Below, piece by piece: positions 44,380 to 53,414 of a stretch of DNA of 62,576 nucleotides. The stretch's first letter is position 1. Each line of letters starts with the position of its first letter. The notes below the pieces were generated by a model. That model worked only from the letters and a program-made list of their open reading frames with translations. It did not search any database and was not told the DNA's origin. A program made the translations under genes and the position numbers. This stretch comes from Dehalococcoidia bacterium (GTDB lineage: Bacteria; Chloroflexota; Dehalococcoidia; UBA2979): NCBI GenBank assembly GCA_019694855.1, contig JAIBBD010000005.1:1-62576 (forward strand). Direction: 5' to 3'.

Positions 44380-44613
44380 ACCCCAGACTCTCATTCAGCA
44401 TGCCCGCATATGTCCGGACTTCTCGTACGAAGCTAACGCACCGTCTCAGCCGCGGCAGGTGCGACCGGATGTCTACTGGCATCTTCGCTCCCGCCCGGGG
44501 AGGCGGCGGCGCAAGCCATTACTGGGCATCCCTTCGCGCCACGGAATCCGGGAACGCGGGCTCGCGGCCACCAGCATCAGGATCGACGTGACGTGTGTCC
44601 GACGCGGTGCGGG

Positions 44614-45591
44614 TCACATCTTCCGCCAGAACACCCCATTCTCGTCGATCTGAACGAGCGCATCGGTGATCTCGTTTTCGGTACGGAAGTCCTCAACGGC
44701 ACGTTTGCAGTCAGGTATGTTGTAGTCGTCAATGATCACAAAACCGCCGTGGCTGACCTTCGCATAAAGCAAGTCGAGCACAGTGCGGGTCGACTCATAA
44801 GTATCGCCATCGCATCTCAGCAAGCCGATCGATCGGAGATCTGCTCGCGGCAGAGTGTCGGCGAAGAAGCCACGGAGAAACTCAACTTGGGAGTCGAGCA
44901 GGCCATAGCGAGCGAAATGCGAGCGCACGGCGTCGAGGCTGGATCGATCCTTGTCGACGAGCGAAAAGAAGGTCCACGCGTGGTCGGCAAAGTGGCGAAC
45001 CCCTTCGATACTGAGATCGACGAGTTCCGGTGATGGGTTCGCGCTTCGTGGGAAGCTCTGTTGTCTGCGCTCGAGCCGGCGAAACAGCGACGCCCGCCAC
45101 CGCTTGGACGGCACGCGCGTCAGGAGACTGACGTTCATCAAGACGAGCTTCGTGGCGGCACGACGGGCGAACGTCCGTGGTGGTTCCCAAGGCTTAGCGA
45201 AGGTATCGCAGGCAAACACGCGCCGATCCGTGGCCCCGTAAGCCTGAAGAACGGCACGCATCATGATCGATGCACCGCCTCGTCCGACTCCAGTTTCCAC
45301 CCAGTCGCCGGGAATGCCGCCCTCGATGATGGCTCGTCCACAGGCTTCGATATTCGTAAGCCGCCGCCACCCCACCATCGTGTGCGCCTGGGTAGGCATA
45401 TCCTGACCGAGCACCCGGCTCCGAATATCGAATGGTTGCTTGTGCGGCCAGAGGGGAGGATCTTCGTAGATGAGGTTACACAGGGTCCGCTTAACCATGT
45501 CGAGATAGAGGCTTGCCGGCGACGCCTCCCCGGAAAGGCCGCCGATGCCGAGTTCTTCATAAAGCGCAGCGGGGGTTGCGTCGAAGGCCAA
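44614..45591 (-). CDS. TylF/MycF-like class I SAM-dependent O-methyltransferase
   Basis: ...LYLDMVKRTLCNLIYEDP...TMVGWRRLTNIEACGRAIIEGGIPGDWVETGVGRGGASIMMRAVL...LRCDGDTYESTRTVLDLLYAKVSHGGFVIIDDY... shows macrocin-O-methyltransferase family motifs. G+C is clearly lower (a sampled line is about 48%). Confidence 0.7.
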   Translation of the reverse strand: MAFDATPAALYEELGIGGLSGEASPASLYLDMVKRTLCNLIYEDPPLWPHKQPFDIRSRVLGQDMPTQAHTMVGWRRLTNIEACGRAIIEGGIPGDWVETGVGRGGASIMMRAVLQAYGATDRRVFACDTFAKPWEPPRTFARRAATKLVLMNVSLLTRVPSKRWRASLFRRLERRQQSFPRSANPSPELVDLSIEGVRHFADHAWTFFSLVDKDRSSLDAVRSHFARYGLLDSQVEFLRGFFADTLPRADLRSIGLLRCDGDTYESTRTVLDLLYAKVSHGGFVIIDDYNIPDCKRAVEDFRTENEITDALVQIDENGVFWRKM

Positions 45592-45864
45592 ACAATCTCC
45601 CTACTGAGCGAACCGCCGAGCCACTCGGAAACCGACTTTCCGCGTCGAATTGGTCGACCTAGCTTGGCGACAAGCATCGTAGCAGAAGAATCGCAAAGCG
45701 ATTACCCGGCTCAGCAGCGCGACTCCCGGCGCCGCGACCTGAAGGTGTTCCTGCCGGCCACCCCGGCAATGCTCATCTGAATCTACCGTCGGCCCTTCGG
45801 AGTGCCCGTTCGCCGGGGAGCGAGGGCGCTTCATCGCCGGTGGAAAGTGCGGGTTGAACCCCGC

Positions 45865-47232
45865 TCACCAAGCCCCCGAGTGCGAGCCGAGGGGCATCGC
45901 AGGGCGGTCGGTGTGCACGGGGGCGTCCTCAATGGTGAGTGGGGAGTTGAGGCGCCGCGCGGGGCCCCAGCCGGTCGCCTCGACGGCGGGGGCGAGGTCC
46001 TCGGGGGTGAGGGGGGCGAGCGGGGCGGGGGAGGCGAGCGGGTAGGCGGTGAGCAGGGCGGCGGTGCGGGCGAGCGAGAGGCGGGCGCGCGCAATCCGGC
46101 CTGCGAGGCGCGCGGAGAGGGACTGGAGCGCGGCAAAGGCCATGAGGTAGCCGGTGGCGTGGTCGAGGGCCTGCACGGGGAGTGGGCGCGGGCGCTCGGA
46201 GCCGAAGCGCCCCATCCCGGTGTGGGCAATGCCGGCGCTCATCTGCACGAGACTGTCGAAGCCTCGACGGCCGCGCCAGGGGCCGGTCCAGCCGTAGGCG
46301 TCGAGAGTGACTTCGATGAGGTCCGGGCGGAGCTGGCGTCGCGCATCGAGGCCGAGTCCGAGGCCATCGAGAGCGCCGGGGCGATAGCCGTGGACGAGCA
46401 GGTCCGCGGAAGCGAGCAACGTCTCGAAGGTCGCGCGGTCTTCGCGGCGGAGGTCGAGGCGCGCGGTGCGTTTGCCGAGCATGACCTCGGGGGTGACGCC
46501 CGGCTCGTCCCAGTCGGGCGGGTCGATGCGGAGGACGTCCGCGCCGAGCAGCGCCAGGAAGCGCGTCGCGACAGGCCCCGCGAGCACGCGGGTGAGATCG
46601 AGGACGCGGAGGCCCGCGAGCGGGCGCGCGGGGTCGGCCGGAGGGGAAGTCGGAGGCGCCCCATCCTCGATGTCCCAGTGGATGAGGGGTTCGGCGCGGA
46701 CGGCCTGCCCGGGAGCGCTGGCGTTCCAGACCGCCTCGGAGTGCATCGCGGCGGCGCAGCCTCCCGCGTCGAGCACGGCGGTCTCGAGCGCGCCGGCCTG
46801 CCACGCGGCGACGGCGGCGCGGACGCGGTCGGGCTCGGCGGGCACGCCGAGGACGTCCAGGGCCGCGGCGCGGTGGGCCGGCGCGTTCGTATGCAGGCGA
46901 ATCCAGCCGTCGTTCGCCTCGTAGTCGCCGGCGATGGGGTCCCAGGGGGAGGGCAGATCCCAGCCATGCGGGCGGAGCGTGAAGCCGAACCAGGCGGACG
47001 CGAGGCGACGATCCACCTCGACGGCGCGCGCCCGGCCATCGGCGGCGGTAGCCAGCGCGGAGGCGGCGACGCCTGCCGCGCCGATCGAGGCGGCGGCGAG
47101 GTCAGTGACGGCGAAGGCCGAGTCGAGGTCGCCCGCACCGGTGACTTCGATGTCGGCCCTGGCTTCAGGGTCGAGGCCCGCGGCGAGGATGTCGGCGAGC
47201 ATCGCGGCGGCGGGAGTCGGTCGCGCGGTCAT
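45865..47232 (-). CDS. CoA-transferase family III (CaiB/BaiF-like) protein with long N-terminal extension
   Basis: PLAGLRVLDLTRVLAGPVATRFLALLGADVLRIDPP is the family N-terminal motif, but it starts near residue 215 of 455. ...DLLVHGYRPGALDGLG.... Confidence 0.75.
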   Translation of the reverse strand: MTARPTPAAAMLADILAAGLDPEARADIEVTGAGDLDSAFAVTDLAAASIGAAGVAASALATAADGRARAVEVDRRLASAWFGFTLRPHGWDLPSPWDPIAGDYEANDGWIRLHTNAPAHRAAALDVLGVPAEPDRVRAAVAAWQAGALETAVLDAGGCAAAMHSEAVWNASAPGQAVRAEPLIHWDIEDGAPPTSPPADPARPLAGLRVLDLTRVLAGPVATRFLALLGADVLRIDPPDWDEPGVTPEVMLGKRTARLDLRREDRATFETLLASADLLVHGYRPGALDGLGLGLDARRQLRPDLIEVTLDAYGWTGPWRGRRGFDSLVQMSAGIAHTGMGRFGSERPRPLPVQALDHATGYLMAFAALQSLSARLAGRIARARLSLARTAALLTAYPLASPAPLAPLTPEDLAPAVEATGWGPARRLNSPLTIEDAPVHTDRPAMPLGSHSGAW

Positions 47233-47284
47233 GCTGTCCTCCGGATCAGTGATTCGAGTCTAGCGAAGCGCTGGTGGGGATGGG

Positions 47285-48424
47285 TCAGGCGGCCTCGTGT
47301 GTCCGCCCCCGGAGGACCGACGCCACCGTCAGGACGAGGAAGAGCACGATCGCGAGCGCCTGCGTCATGCCGGCCCAGCGGCGGACGTCCGCCCACTCCT
47401 CGAAGTCCGCGGCGATGCGCGCGAGCAGCGCGCCATCGAGGGCCGCGAGCGGCAGGTAGAGCAGCGGCGTATAGGCGAAGCGGAGGCCGGTGACTGACGG
47501 GGCGACGATCGGGGCGTGGGCGATGATGGCGCCGAACACGAAGCCGATGAAGAAGGCGTGGACCACCGCGTCATACTCCAGCCCGCCCTGCACGCTCTGC
47601 GTGGCGAGCAGGACCCCCGCGACGACGAGCCAGGCGGACGCCGTCAGCACGCCGATCGCCGCGAATCGAGCGAGGCCGTCGGTGCGGGCGGTACGAAGGG
47701 CGATGTCGCGGCGGACCAGCCAGAAGGGACCGAGCGCCAGCGCGAGGCCGAGCAGCCTCGTGCCGACCTCGATGTCGCCCTGGGCGACGGCCGGGCCCAG
47801 CAGGAGGAGGAGCAGGACGGCGAGGCCAGCGAGCGCGTCGGCGCGCGTGAAGCGCTGGAAGCGGATGATCTCGAGGCGTTCGGCGCCGACGGTGAGCACG
47901 AGGAACGACATCCACCAGAGCACGACACGGCGCATGCTCTCGCCGTCCCACCACAGCGCGGCGGCGACCACGAGGCAAACGCCTCCGGCGAGCATGACCG
48001 CGAGCGGCGGGAGCCGGTGGCGGGCCAGCAGCACGGCGATGGTCAGCGAGTAGGTGACGGCGGCCAGCGTGGCGAGCCCCGCGGCGACGCTCGCCGGGGC
48101 GCCAGCAATGAGGGCCACACCTGCCGCCGCGCTCGCCGCCGGCGCGGCGAACGCGGGAGGGCTGCCGAGGGCGACGGCCCGCTCGACGGCGATCACGGTG
48201 CCGACGAAGCCGACGACCATCAGGCCACCGTGGCGCAGCGTCAGATCGCCGTCCCCGACCGGCAGGTCCCAACCGATGCGGAGGAGGCCGGCCCAGAGGC
48301 CCAGGAGCAGCGCGGCGATAGCGGCGAACAGGAAGGGCACGACTCGACGGCGGGCGCGCTGGATATCGTTGCGGCCGGAGGTACGCGTCGGCGTGCTCCC
48401 CACCCGGGTGGCGACACGAGCCAC
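47285..48424 (-). CDS. Polytopic integral membrane protein, unknown function (NnrS-like?)
   Basis: The C-terminal ~379 aa of ORF 47285..49312 are strongly hydrophobic with 9 or more helices (VVPFLFAAIAALLLGLWAGLL, HGGLMVVGFVGTVIAVERA, VVHAFFIGFVFGAIIAHAP...). A GTG start is proposed at 48422-48424. The upstream 296 aa are shadow text overlapping the SDR gene. Confidence 0.6.
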   Translation of the reverse strand: MARVATRVGSTPTRTSGRNDIQRARRRVVPFLFAAIAALLLGLWAGLLRIGWDLPVGDGDLTLRHGGLMVVGFVGTVIAVERAVALGSPPAFAAPAASAAAGVALIAGAPASVAAGLATLAAVTYSLTIAVLLARHRLPPLAVMLAGGVCLVVAAALWWDGESMRRVVLWWMSFLVLTVGAERLEIIRFQRFTRADALAGLAVLLLLLLGPAVAQGDIEVGTRLLGLALALGPFWLVRRDIALRTARTDGLARFAAIGVLTASAWLVVAGVLLATQSVQGGLEYDAVVHAFFIGFVFGAIIAHAPIVAPSVTGLRFAYTPLLYLPLAALDGALLARIAADFEEWADVRRWAGMTQALAIVLFLVLTVASVLRGRTHEAA

Positions 48425-48595
48425 CTCGAACCATGGCGAGTATACGGGCGCCGCGACGACGGGGCTGCGAGGGCAGGACGAGCCGGAAGCGGGCGAGAAG
48501 GCGCTACGATCAGCGGGGCCGCCTGACCCCTCGCGGGCCAGCGCACGGCCGTGCGGACGCTCGCGGGCGCGGGCGGCGGGCGGAAGAGGGCAAGC

Positions 48596-49360
48596 ATGAG
48601 GCTGCAGGGCAAGGTTGCGGCGATCACGGGCGCCGGGTCGGGGATGGGGCTCGCGATGGCGCGGCGATTCGCGGCCGAGGGAGCACGCGTCGTGGCCGGA
48701 GACTGGAACGAGGAGCGCCTCGACGCCGCGGTGCGAGAGATCGAGACAGCGGGGGGTACCGTCGTGGGCGCGGCGGGGGACATCGGCGACCGCGCCACCG
48801 CGGAGGCGCTGGTGGACCTCGCGGTGTCGACCCACGGGCGGATCGACGTGCTGGTAAACAACGCCGGCGTGATGGACTACATGCAGGGGGTGGGGCAGCT
48901 CGAGGACGAGATCTGGCGACGGGTGATGCGGATCAACCTCGACGGGCCGATGTTCACGATGCGGCGAGCGGTGCCGCTCATGGTGGCGCAGGGCGGCGGG
49001 GCGATCGTGAACATCGCCTCGGTGGGTGGCATCGAAGGCGGGGCGGCCGGGGCGGCGTACACGTCGGCGAAGCACGCGCTCGTGGGGCTGACGAAGAGCA
49101 CCGCGTGGATGTACGCACAGCAGGGCGTACGCACGAACGCGATTGCTCCGGGCGGGACGCGGACGAACATCGGCGAGTCGATGCCACAGGAGCGCCTTGA
49201 CCCGGCGGGGATGGCGCGGGCGATGGCCTATGCGGCGATCATGCCGGCGATGCTGGAGCCGGAGGACATCGCGAACCTCGCGCTGTTCCTGGCATCGGAC
49301 GAGGCTGCCCACATCAACGGGACGGTCATCCCGGCGGACGCTGGGTGGACGGCGGCATAG
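48596..49360 (+). CDS. Short-chain dehydrogenase/reductase (SDR)
   Basis: From ATG 48596: MRLQGKVAAITGAGSGMGLA (TGxxxGxG) ...LVNNAGV...SVGG...YTSAKHALVGLT (YxxxK). Confidence 0.9.
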   Translation: MRLQGKVAAITGAGSGMGLAMARRFAAEGARVVAGDWNEERLDAAVREIETAGGTVVGAAGDIGDRATAEALVDLAVSTHGRIDVLVNNAGVMDYMQGVGQLEDEIWRRVMRINLDGPMFTMRRAVPLMVAQGGGAIVNIASVGGIEGGAAGAAYTSAKHALVGLTKSTAWMYAQQGVRTNAIAPGGTRTNIGESMPQERLDPAGMARAMAYAAIMPAMLEPEDIANLALFLASDEAAHINGTVIPADAGWTAA

Positions 49361-49383
49361 CCGCCGTCCACCGGCTCGAACGA

Positions 49384-49557
49384 CTAGGCGTGCCAGGCCT
49401 GCTGGCGCGCGTGACCGGCGTGATGGCCCGCAATGGCGCGCACGGCGACGGCGGCGAGCAGGCCGAGGACAAGCAGCCGGCCCAGCCCTCGGCGGCCCGA
49501 GGGGCGCCCCTCGAAGCGGGCGCGATGGCCCTCGTGCGTGCGCATGTGTCCGAACAT
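49384..49557 (-). CDS. Candidate small His-rich single-TM protein divergent from the TetR gene
   Basis: MFGHMRTHEGHRARFEGRPSGRRGLGRLLVLGLLAAVAVRAIAGHHAGHARQQAWHA. The ATG at 49555-49557 is preceded by GAGGAG at 6-nt spacing. The ORF track starts it 6 codons earlier, at 49575. GC3 is high. Confidence 0.4.
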   Translation of the reverse strand: MFGHMRTHEGHRARFEGRPSGRRGLGRLLVLGLLAAVAVRAIAGHHAGHARQQAWHA

Positions 49558-49576
49558 CTCGTTCTCCTCTCGCATT

Positions 49577-49593
49577 ACTGACCAGCGGTCAGT
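49577..49593. promoter_or_regulatory. Palindromic operator 1 (putative TetR-family binding site)
   Basis: ACTGACCAGCGGTCAGT has perfect 7-bp arms ACTGACC/GGTCAGT with a 3-bp spacer. It lies in the 95-bp divergent intergenic region. Confidence 0.65.
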
Positions 49594-49608
49594 TACATCT
49601 CGAATGAT

Positions 49609-49625
49609 ACTGACCGCTGGTCAGT
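49609..49625. promoter_or_regulatory. Palindromic operator 2 (putative TetR-family binding site)
   Basis: ACTGACCGCTGGTCAGT is the exact reverse complement of site 1. The centre-to-centre distance is 32 bp. It lies 28 bp upstream of the TetR GTG start. Confidence 0.65.
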
Positions 49626-49652
49626 TGTCAATTCCTCCCGTACGATGCCCTC

Positions 49653-50252
49653 GTGCAGGAGCGAGCTACACGCACGCGCAAGCCCGCGGCGATCCGCCGC
49701 GCTGAGCTGCTGGATGCCGCCACTGAGGTGCTGCGCGCGCGTGGCGTGGAGGCGACGACCGTCGAGGAGATCACGTCGACGGCGGGGGTGAGCAAGGGGA
49801 GCTTCTACCTGCACTTCCCCTCGAAAGAGCGGCTGCTGGACGCGCTGCGGGAGCGGCTGGGTGAGGAGCTGGCGGCCGAGGTCGCGGCCCTCGAACGGCC
49901 GCAGCAACGAGCAGCGTGGCCGGAGTTCACACGACGATTCGTGCGCCGCGCGGTTGAGGTGCAGGTCGAGCGAGCCGACCTGCACGAGCTGCTCACCGCG
50001 GTCGGGCACGACCATGCAGCGGAGATGGGTGGGGACCCGCGCAACCCAGCCGAGCGGGTGCTCGCCTCGACGATCGCGGCTGGCGTCGAGGCTGGGGCGT
50101 ACACGGTCGCCGATGAGGCCGCGGCCGTGCGCCTGATCTTCGCGCTGGTGCACGCGGCGGGGGACTGGGCGTGCGAGCAGCCGCAGGAGATCGAGCGGAT
50201 CGGGAGCGCGGCGGCGGAGCTGACGCTGCGCGCGCTGGGGGGCGCGGACTAG
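49653..50252 (+). CDS. TetR/AcrR-family transcriptional regulator
   Basis: GTG start. ...RRAELLDAATEVLRARGVEATTVEEITSTAGVSKGSFYLHFPSKERLL... is the canonical TetR HTH. Confidence 0.9.
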   Translation: MQERATRTRKPAAIRRAELLDAATEVLRARGVEATTVEEITSTAGVSKGSFYLHFPSKERLLDALRERLGEELAAEVAALERPQQRAAWPEFTRRFVRRAVEVQVERADLHELLTAVGHDHAAEMGGDPRNPAERVLASTIAAGVEAGAYTVADEAAAVRLIFALVHAAGDWACEQPQEIERIGSAAAELTLRALGGAD

Positions 50253-51571
50253 TCGCCGGCAGTGGCCGGGAGGCCCTCGGCGAGGCCAGGCGCGGGCCTC
50301 GATACCGCCGCCTCGAGGGTGCCCTGCTGTTCGAGTTCGGACCAGAGCGGACGGCGGATGAGCGCGACCCAGAGCGCGCCGGTGTAGGCGAGGATGCCGC
50401 AGGCGACCCAGGCGACCGAGTAGCTGCCGGTGTGGTCGAACATGTAGCCGGCGAAGAGCGGCGTGACGATGCCGACGGGGGTGTTGAGCGTCGACACGAG
50501 GCCGCGGAGCGAGGCGAAGCGGGCGGGGCCGAAGTAGTCGGCGACCATCGTCTGGCCGAGGACGACCATCATGGCCTGGCCGACCGAGAAGGTGGCGAAG
50601 TAGAACGGGAGCAGCCAGAGGCGGTCTGAGCTGAGGGCAGCGAAGACGAGGAGCCCGGTGCCCTGGAGGACGAACGACGACGCGTACATGCGCTTGCGGC
50701 CGAAGGCGTCACCGAGCCAGCCGGTGCTGAAGCGGAGGCCGAGCTGGATGGCGCCGTAGATGCCGCTCAGGGTGGCGGCAGCCTCCAGGGAGAAGCCGAC
50801 GTTTTCGAGGTGCGGGATCTGGAGCAGGATCCAGGCGCCCTGCCAGCCACCCGCGGCGGTTGCCAGCACCAGCAGGTAGAAGGCGGGGACGTGCAGCGCC
50901 TCGCGGACCGTCATGCCGCTCGAGGCCCAACTGGCGCCACCGACGGCTGGCGCCTCGCTCGCGCCGTCGGGGTGCAGGCCGTGTTCCTCGGGGCTCGCCT
51001 TCAGCAGCAGCGTGAGCGGCAGGCAGACGACGGCGATCACGGCGGTGGCGATGAGGAGGGTGTGCCTCCAGCCGACGGCGCCGACGAGGATGGCGAGGAT
51101 GGGGGCGGCGAGGTAGCCGGCGCCGTTGCCCGTGTTGAGGATGCCCATCGCGCGGCCGCGCTTGCGCATGAACCAGGACATGAGCACGGCGGAGAAGGGC
51201 GTCATGGAGGCAAACGTGCCGCCCAGGGCCATCACCAGGCTCGACGCGTAGAACATCGGCAGCGTGTGCACCCGGGAGAGCATGACCATGCCGATGAGGA
51301 GGAAGACGAGGCCGGAGGTCGCCATCTTGCGAGGCCCGAGCCAGTCGACGAAGAAGCCGCTGACGGGTGCGAGGAAGCCCTGCTCGAAGGTGCGAAGCGA
51401 TGAGGCCGCCGCGATGGAGGCGACCGTCCAACCGAGCTCCTTCCGCATGGGCGAGATGAAGACGCCCAGCGCGAAGACGCCGATCCCGATCGTGAAGAAG
51501 TTGCTGATGGCGCCGGCGAGCGCGATGTACCAGCCCAGGAAGATGGACCGCGGCCAGGGCCGTCTGCGCAT
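50249..51571 (-). CDS. MFS transporter (oxalate/formate antiporter-like subfamily)
   Basis: MRRRPWPRSIFLGWYIALAGAISNFFTIGIGVFALGVFISPMRKELGW...GFFVDWLGPRKM.... 12-TM pattern. The start is taken at ATG 51569-51571. Confidence 0.8.
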   Translation of the reverse strand: MRRRPWPRSIFLGWYIALAGAISNFFTIGIGVFALGVFISPMRKELGWTVASIAAASSLRTFEQGFLAPVSGFFVDWLGPRKMATSGLVFLLIGMVMLSRVHTLPMFYASSLVMALGGTFASMTPFSAVLMSWFMRKRGRAMGILNTGNGAGYLAAPILAILVGAVGWRHTLLIATAVIAVVCLPLTLLLKASPEEHGLHPDGASEAPAVGGASWASSGMTVREALHVPAFYLLVLATAAGGWQGAWILLQIPHLENVGFSLEAAATLSGIYGAIQLGLRFSTGWLGDAFGRKRMYASSFVLQGTGLLVFAALSSDRLWLLPFYFATFSVGQAMMVVLGQTMVADYFGPARFASLRGLVSTLNTPVGIVTPLFAGYMFDHTGSYSVAWVACGILAYTGALWVALIRRPLWSELEQQGTLEAAVSRPAPGLAEGLPATAGD

Positions 51572-51646
51572 CGCGCACTCCTCGAACGGCTGCGGGGGCA
51601 TCATAGCCGTTATCGCGGGGCGGCGGCGCGCTCGCGCCGGTGGAGG

Positions 51647-52174
51647 TCACAGCGCGCGGGCGAACTCCTCGGCGGTGACGACGCTCGCCTGGCGCGGGTA
51701 GATCTTCTCGGTGAGGACGCGGTGGACTTCCTCGTCGGCGTCGTCGCAAGCGTCTTTGACGACGACGAGGCGGTAGCCGAGGTCGGCGGCCCAGCGGAGG
51801 GTGGAAAGCACGCAGCCGCTGGTGGCGACACCCATGAGGACGAGCTGGTCGCGGCCGGTCTCGCGGAGCAGGACATCGAGGCCGGTCGTGGAAAAGGAGC
51901 CGGCCTTGGTCTTCGTGAAGACGCGCTCGCCATCGAGCGGGGCGACGGCGGGGTGGATGGCGACATCCGGCGACTCCGCCTCGAACCGCCCACCGCGGTG
52001 CACCACGTGCACGACGGGCACCGACGCGGCGCGAGCGGCGGCGAGGACCGAGGCGGCACGTCGCACGGTGCCCTCGGGGTCACGGGCGACCGTCCCCACG
52101 ATGCCCTGCTGGAAGTCCATGATCACGACCACGGCGCGATCGCGGTCGAGGACGGACATCTGCTGCGTCATCAA
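51647..52174 (-). CDS. Isochorismatase-family cysteine hydrolase
   Basis: ...RAVVVIMDFQQGIV...VFTKTKAGSFSTTGLDVLLRETGRDQLVLMGVATSGCVLSTLRWAADLGY.... The D...K...C catalytic pattern is present. Confidence 0.8.
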   Translation of the reverse strand: MMTQQMSVLDRDRAVVVIMDFQQGIVGTVARDPEGTVRRAASVLAAARAASVPVVHVVHRGGRFEAESPDVAIHPAVAPLDGERVFTKTKAGSFSTTGLDVLLRETGRDQLVLMGVATSGCVLSTLRWAADLGYRLVVVKDACDDADEEVHRVLTEKIYPRQASVVTAEEFARAL

Positions 52175-52456
52175 TGTCTCCTTCCGCCGGGAGGGCCGGC
52201 CGGCGTCATCCTAGCAAGCGGCCGTGCGGCAGAGATCGAGCAGCGACGGGCGAGGGCTGGTGAGCCTCGCTACAATCGTCATGAGCCGCTCAGGGTGGGG
52301 CGCACCAGGCCGTGGTCGTCACCCGATATCCACTGCCCAAACGGGGTACGACCCGGCCTCGTCCCCTCACCCTCGCCGGGCGCTCTCCCCTCGTCACTTC
52401 CCCGTCGTGTAGATGTGCTCGGCCTCGCCGCCGGGCCGCCGCGTGGAGAGCGAACG

Positions 52457-53374
52457 TCAGTCGACGCGTGCGGGGGCGGGGACGGCCTCGACCGGTCCCG
52501 CGAGGCGGGCGACCGCGAGGTCGACGGCGATGGCGACGAGCACGCCGACGAGCAGGTCGAAGAAGTAGTGCTCAGCCAGGAGCATGAGCGAGATGCCCAT
52601 GACGACGGAGTAAGCCAGGAACAGCGGCGAAGCCGCGGGCATGAAGCGCCGCAGCCAGAGGTAGGCGGCGAATGTGACCGCCATGTGAATCGATGGCACG
52701 GCCGCCACGGAGTTCGGCTCGCCGAGCGCTGAGTAGAGGGTCTGGTAGGTGTCGGCGTTCACCGAGCCGCCGACGAACTCCATGACCCGGTAGACGGGGC
52801 CGATCTGGCCGTACTGCGAGGCAAGCCAGGGCGGGGCCGTGGGGACGAGGTAGAAGCAGACGAGCCCGATGTACTCGACGGCGAGCAGCATGATCACGTA
52901 GCGCGCGAAGAGCGGCCGGCGCCAGATGTAGATGACGGCGGCCAGCGCATGCGGCACGACGAAGAACGACCAGTGCACCTGGGTGGCGATGACGTCGAAG
53001 ATGCCGATGCTCGAGGGCGAGAAGAACTGTGACTGGAGCCAGACGACGGGCTCATGACCTCGGAAGACCGTCTCGTCGAAGCGGATGACGTAGTCGACCT
53101 GCACGGGGAAGAGGAAGCCGTCGGCATCGGCGCGGAGGAGGGTGTAGGCGAAGACGCCGGCGACGTAGAAGAACCACCAGCGCCGCTCGCCCCGGCGGAG
53201 GTCTGGGGCCCAGATGGCGGTCGTAGCAGCGAGGAGGAGCCAGGCCATCCACTCGTGCTGGTACCAGGTGCGGGTCGCGAGCGAGAGCGCCAGGGGGGCG
53301 AGCAGCGCCCACTGCAGCAGGTGCAGCGCGCGAGGAGCCACCTCGGCCGGACGGGGCGAGGTCAAAGAGAGCAT
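52457..53374 (-). CDS. PAP2-superfamily membrane protein (AUR1/inositol-phosphotransferase-like PAP2_3 type)
   Basis: Multi-TM protein. ...VAAVPSIHMAVTFAAYLW...ISLMLLAEHYFFDLLVGVLVA shows the SxH and (E)HY..D motifs. Confidence 0.65.
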   Translation of the reverse strand: MLSLTSPRPAEVAPRALHLLQWALLAPLALSLATRTWYQHEWMAWLLLAATTAIWAPDLRRGERRWWFFYVAGVFAYTLLRADADGFLFPVQVDYVIRFDETVFRGHEPVVWLQSQFFSPSSIGIFDVIATQVHWSFFVVPHALAAVIYIWRRPLFARYVIMLLAVEYIGLVCFYLVPTAPPWLASQYGQIGPVYRVMEFVGGSVNADTYQTLYSALGEPNSVAAVPSIHMAVTFAAYLWLRRFMPAASPLFLAYSVVMGISLMLLAEHYFFDLLVGVLVAIAVDLAVARLAGPVEAVPAPARVD

Positions 53375-53414
53375 GACTTACACTACCGCGTGAAGACAGG
53401 TCAGGACTAGCCGA

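Noticed and set aside
45849-45880. tRNA-3'-end-like string gtgcgggttgaaccccgctcaccaa, considered as a possible att remnant closing the tRNA-Pro islet
   Set aside because: The T-loop would be only 6 nt. It does not match the tRNA-Pro 3' end. It does not end in a proper acceptor/CCA. It also overlaps the coding 3' end of the CoA-transferase gene. It is probably coincidental.
45802-47493. 563-aa plus-strand ORF overlapping the CoA-transferase gene
   Set aside because: It is Gly/Arg/Glu-rich shadow frame. The minus-strand product has the family III CoA-transferase motif.
48425-49312. N-terminal 296 aa of the 675-aa minus-strand ORF 47285..49312
   Set aside because: This part is His/Arg/Pro-rich junk lying antisense to a clear SDR gene (TGxxxGxG, YxxxK). 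Only the hydrophobic C-terminal ~379 aa were kept.
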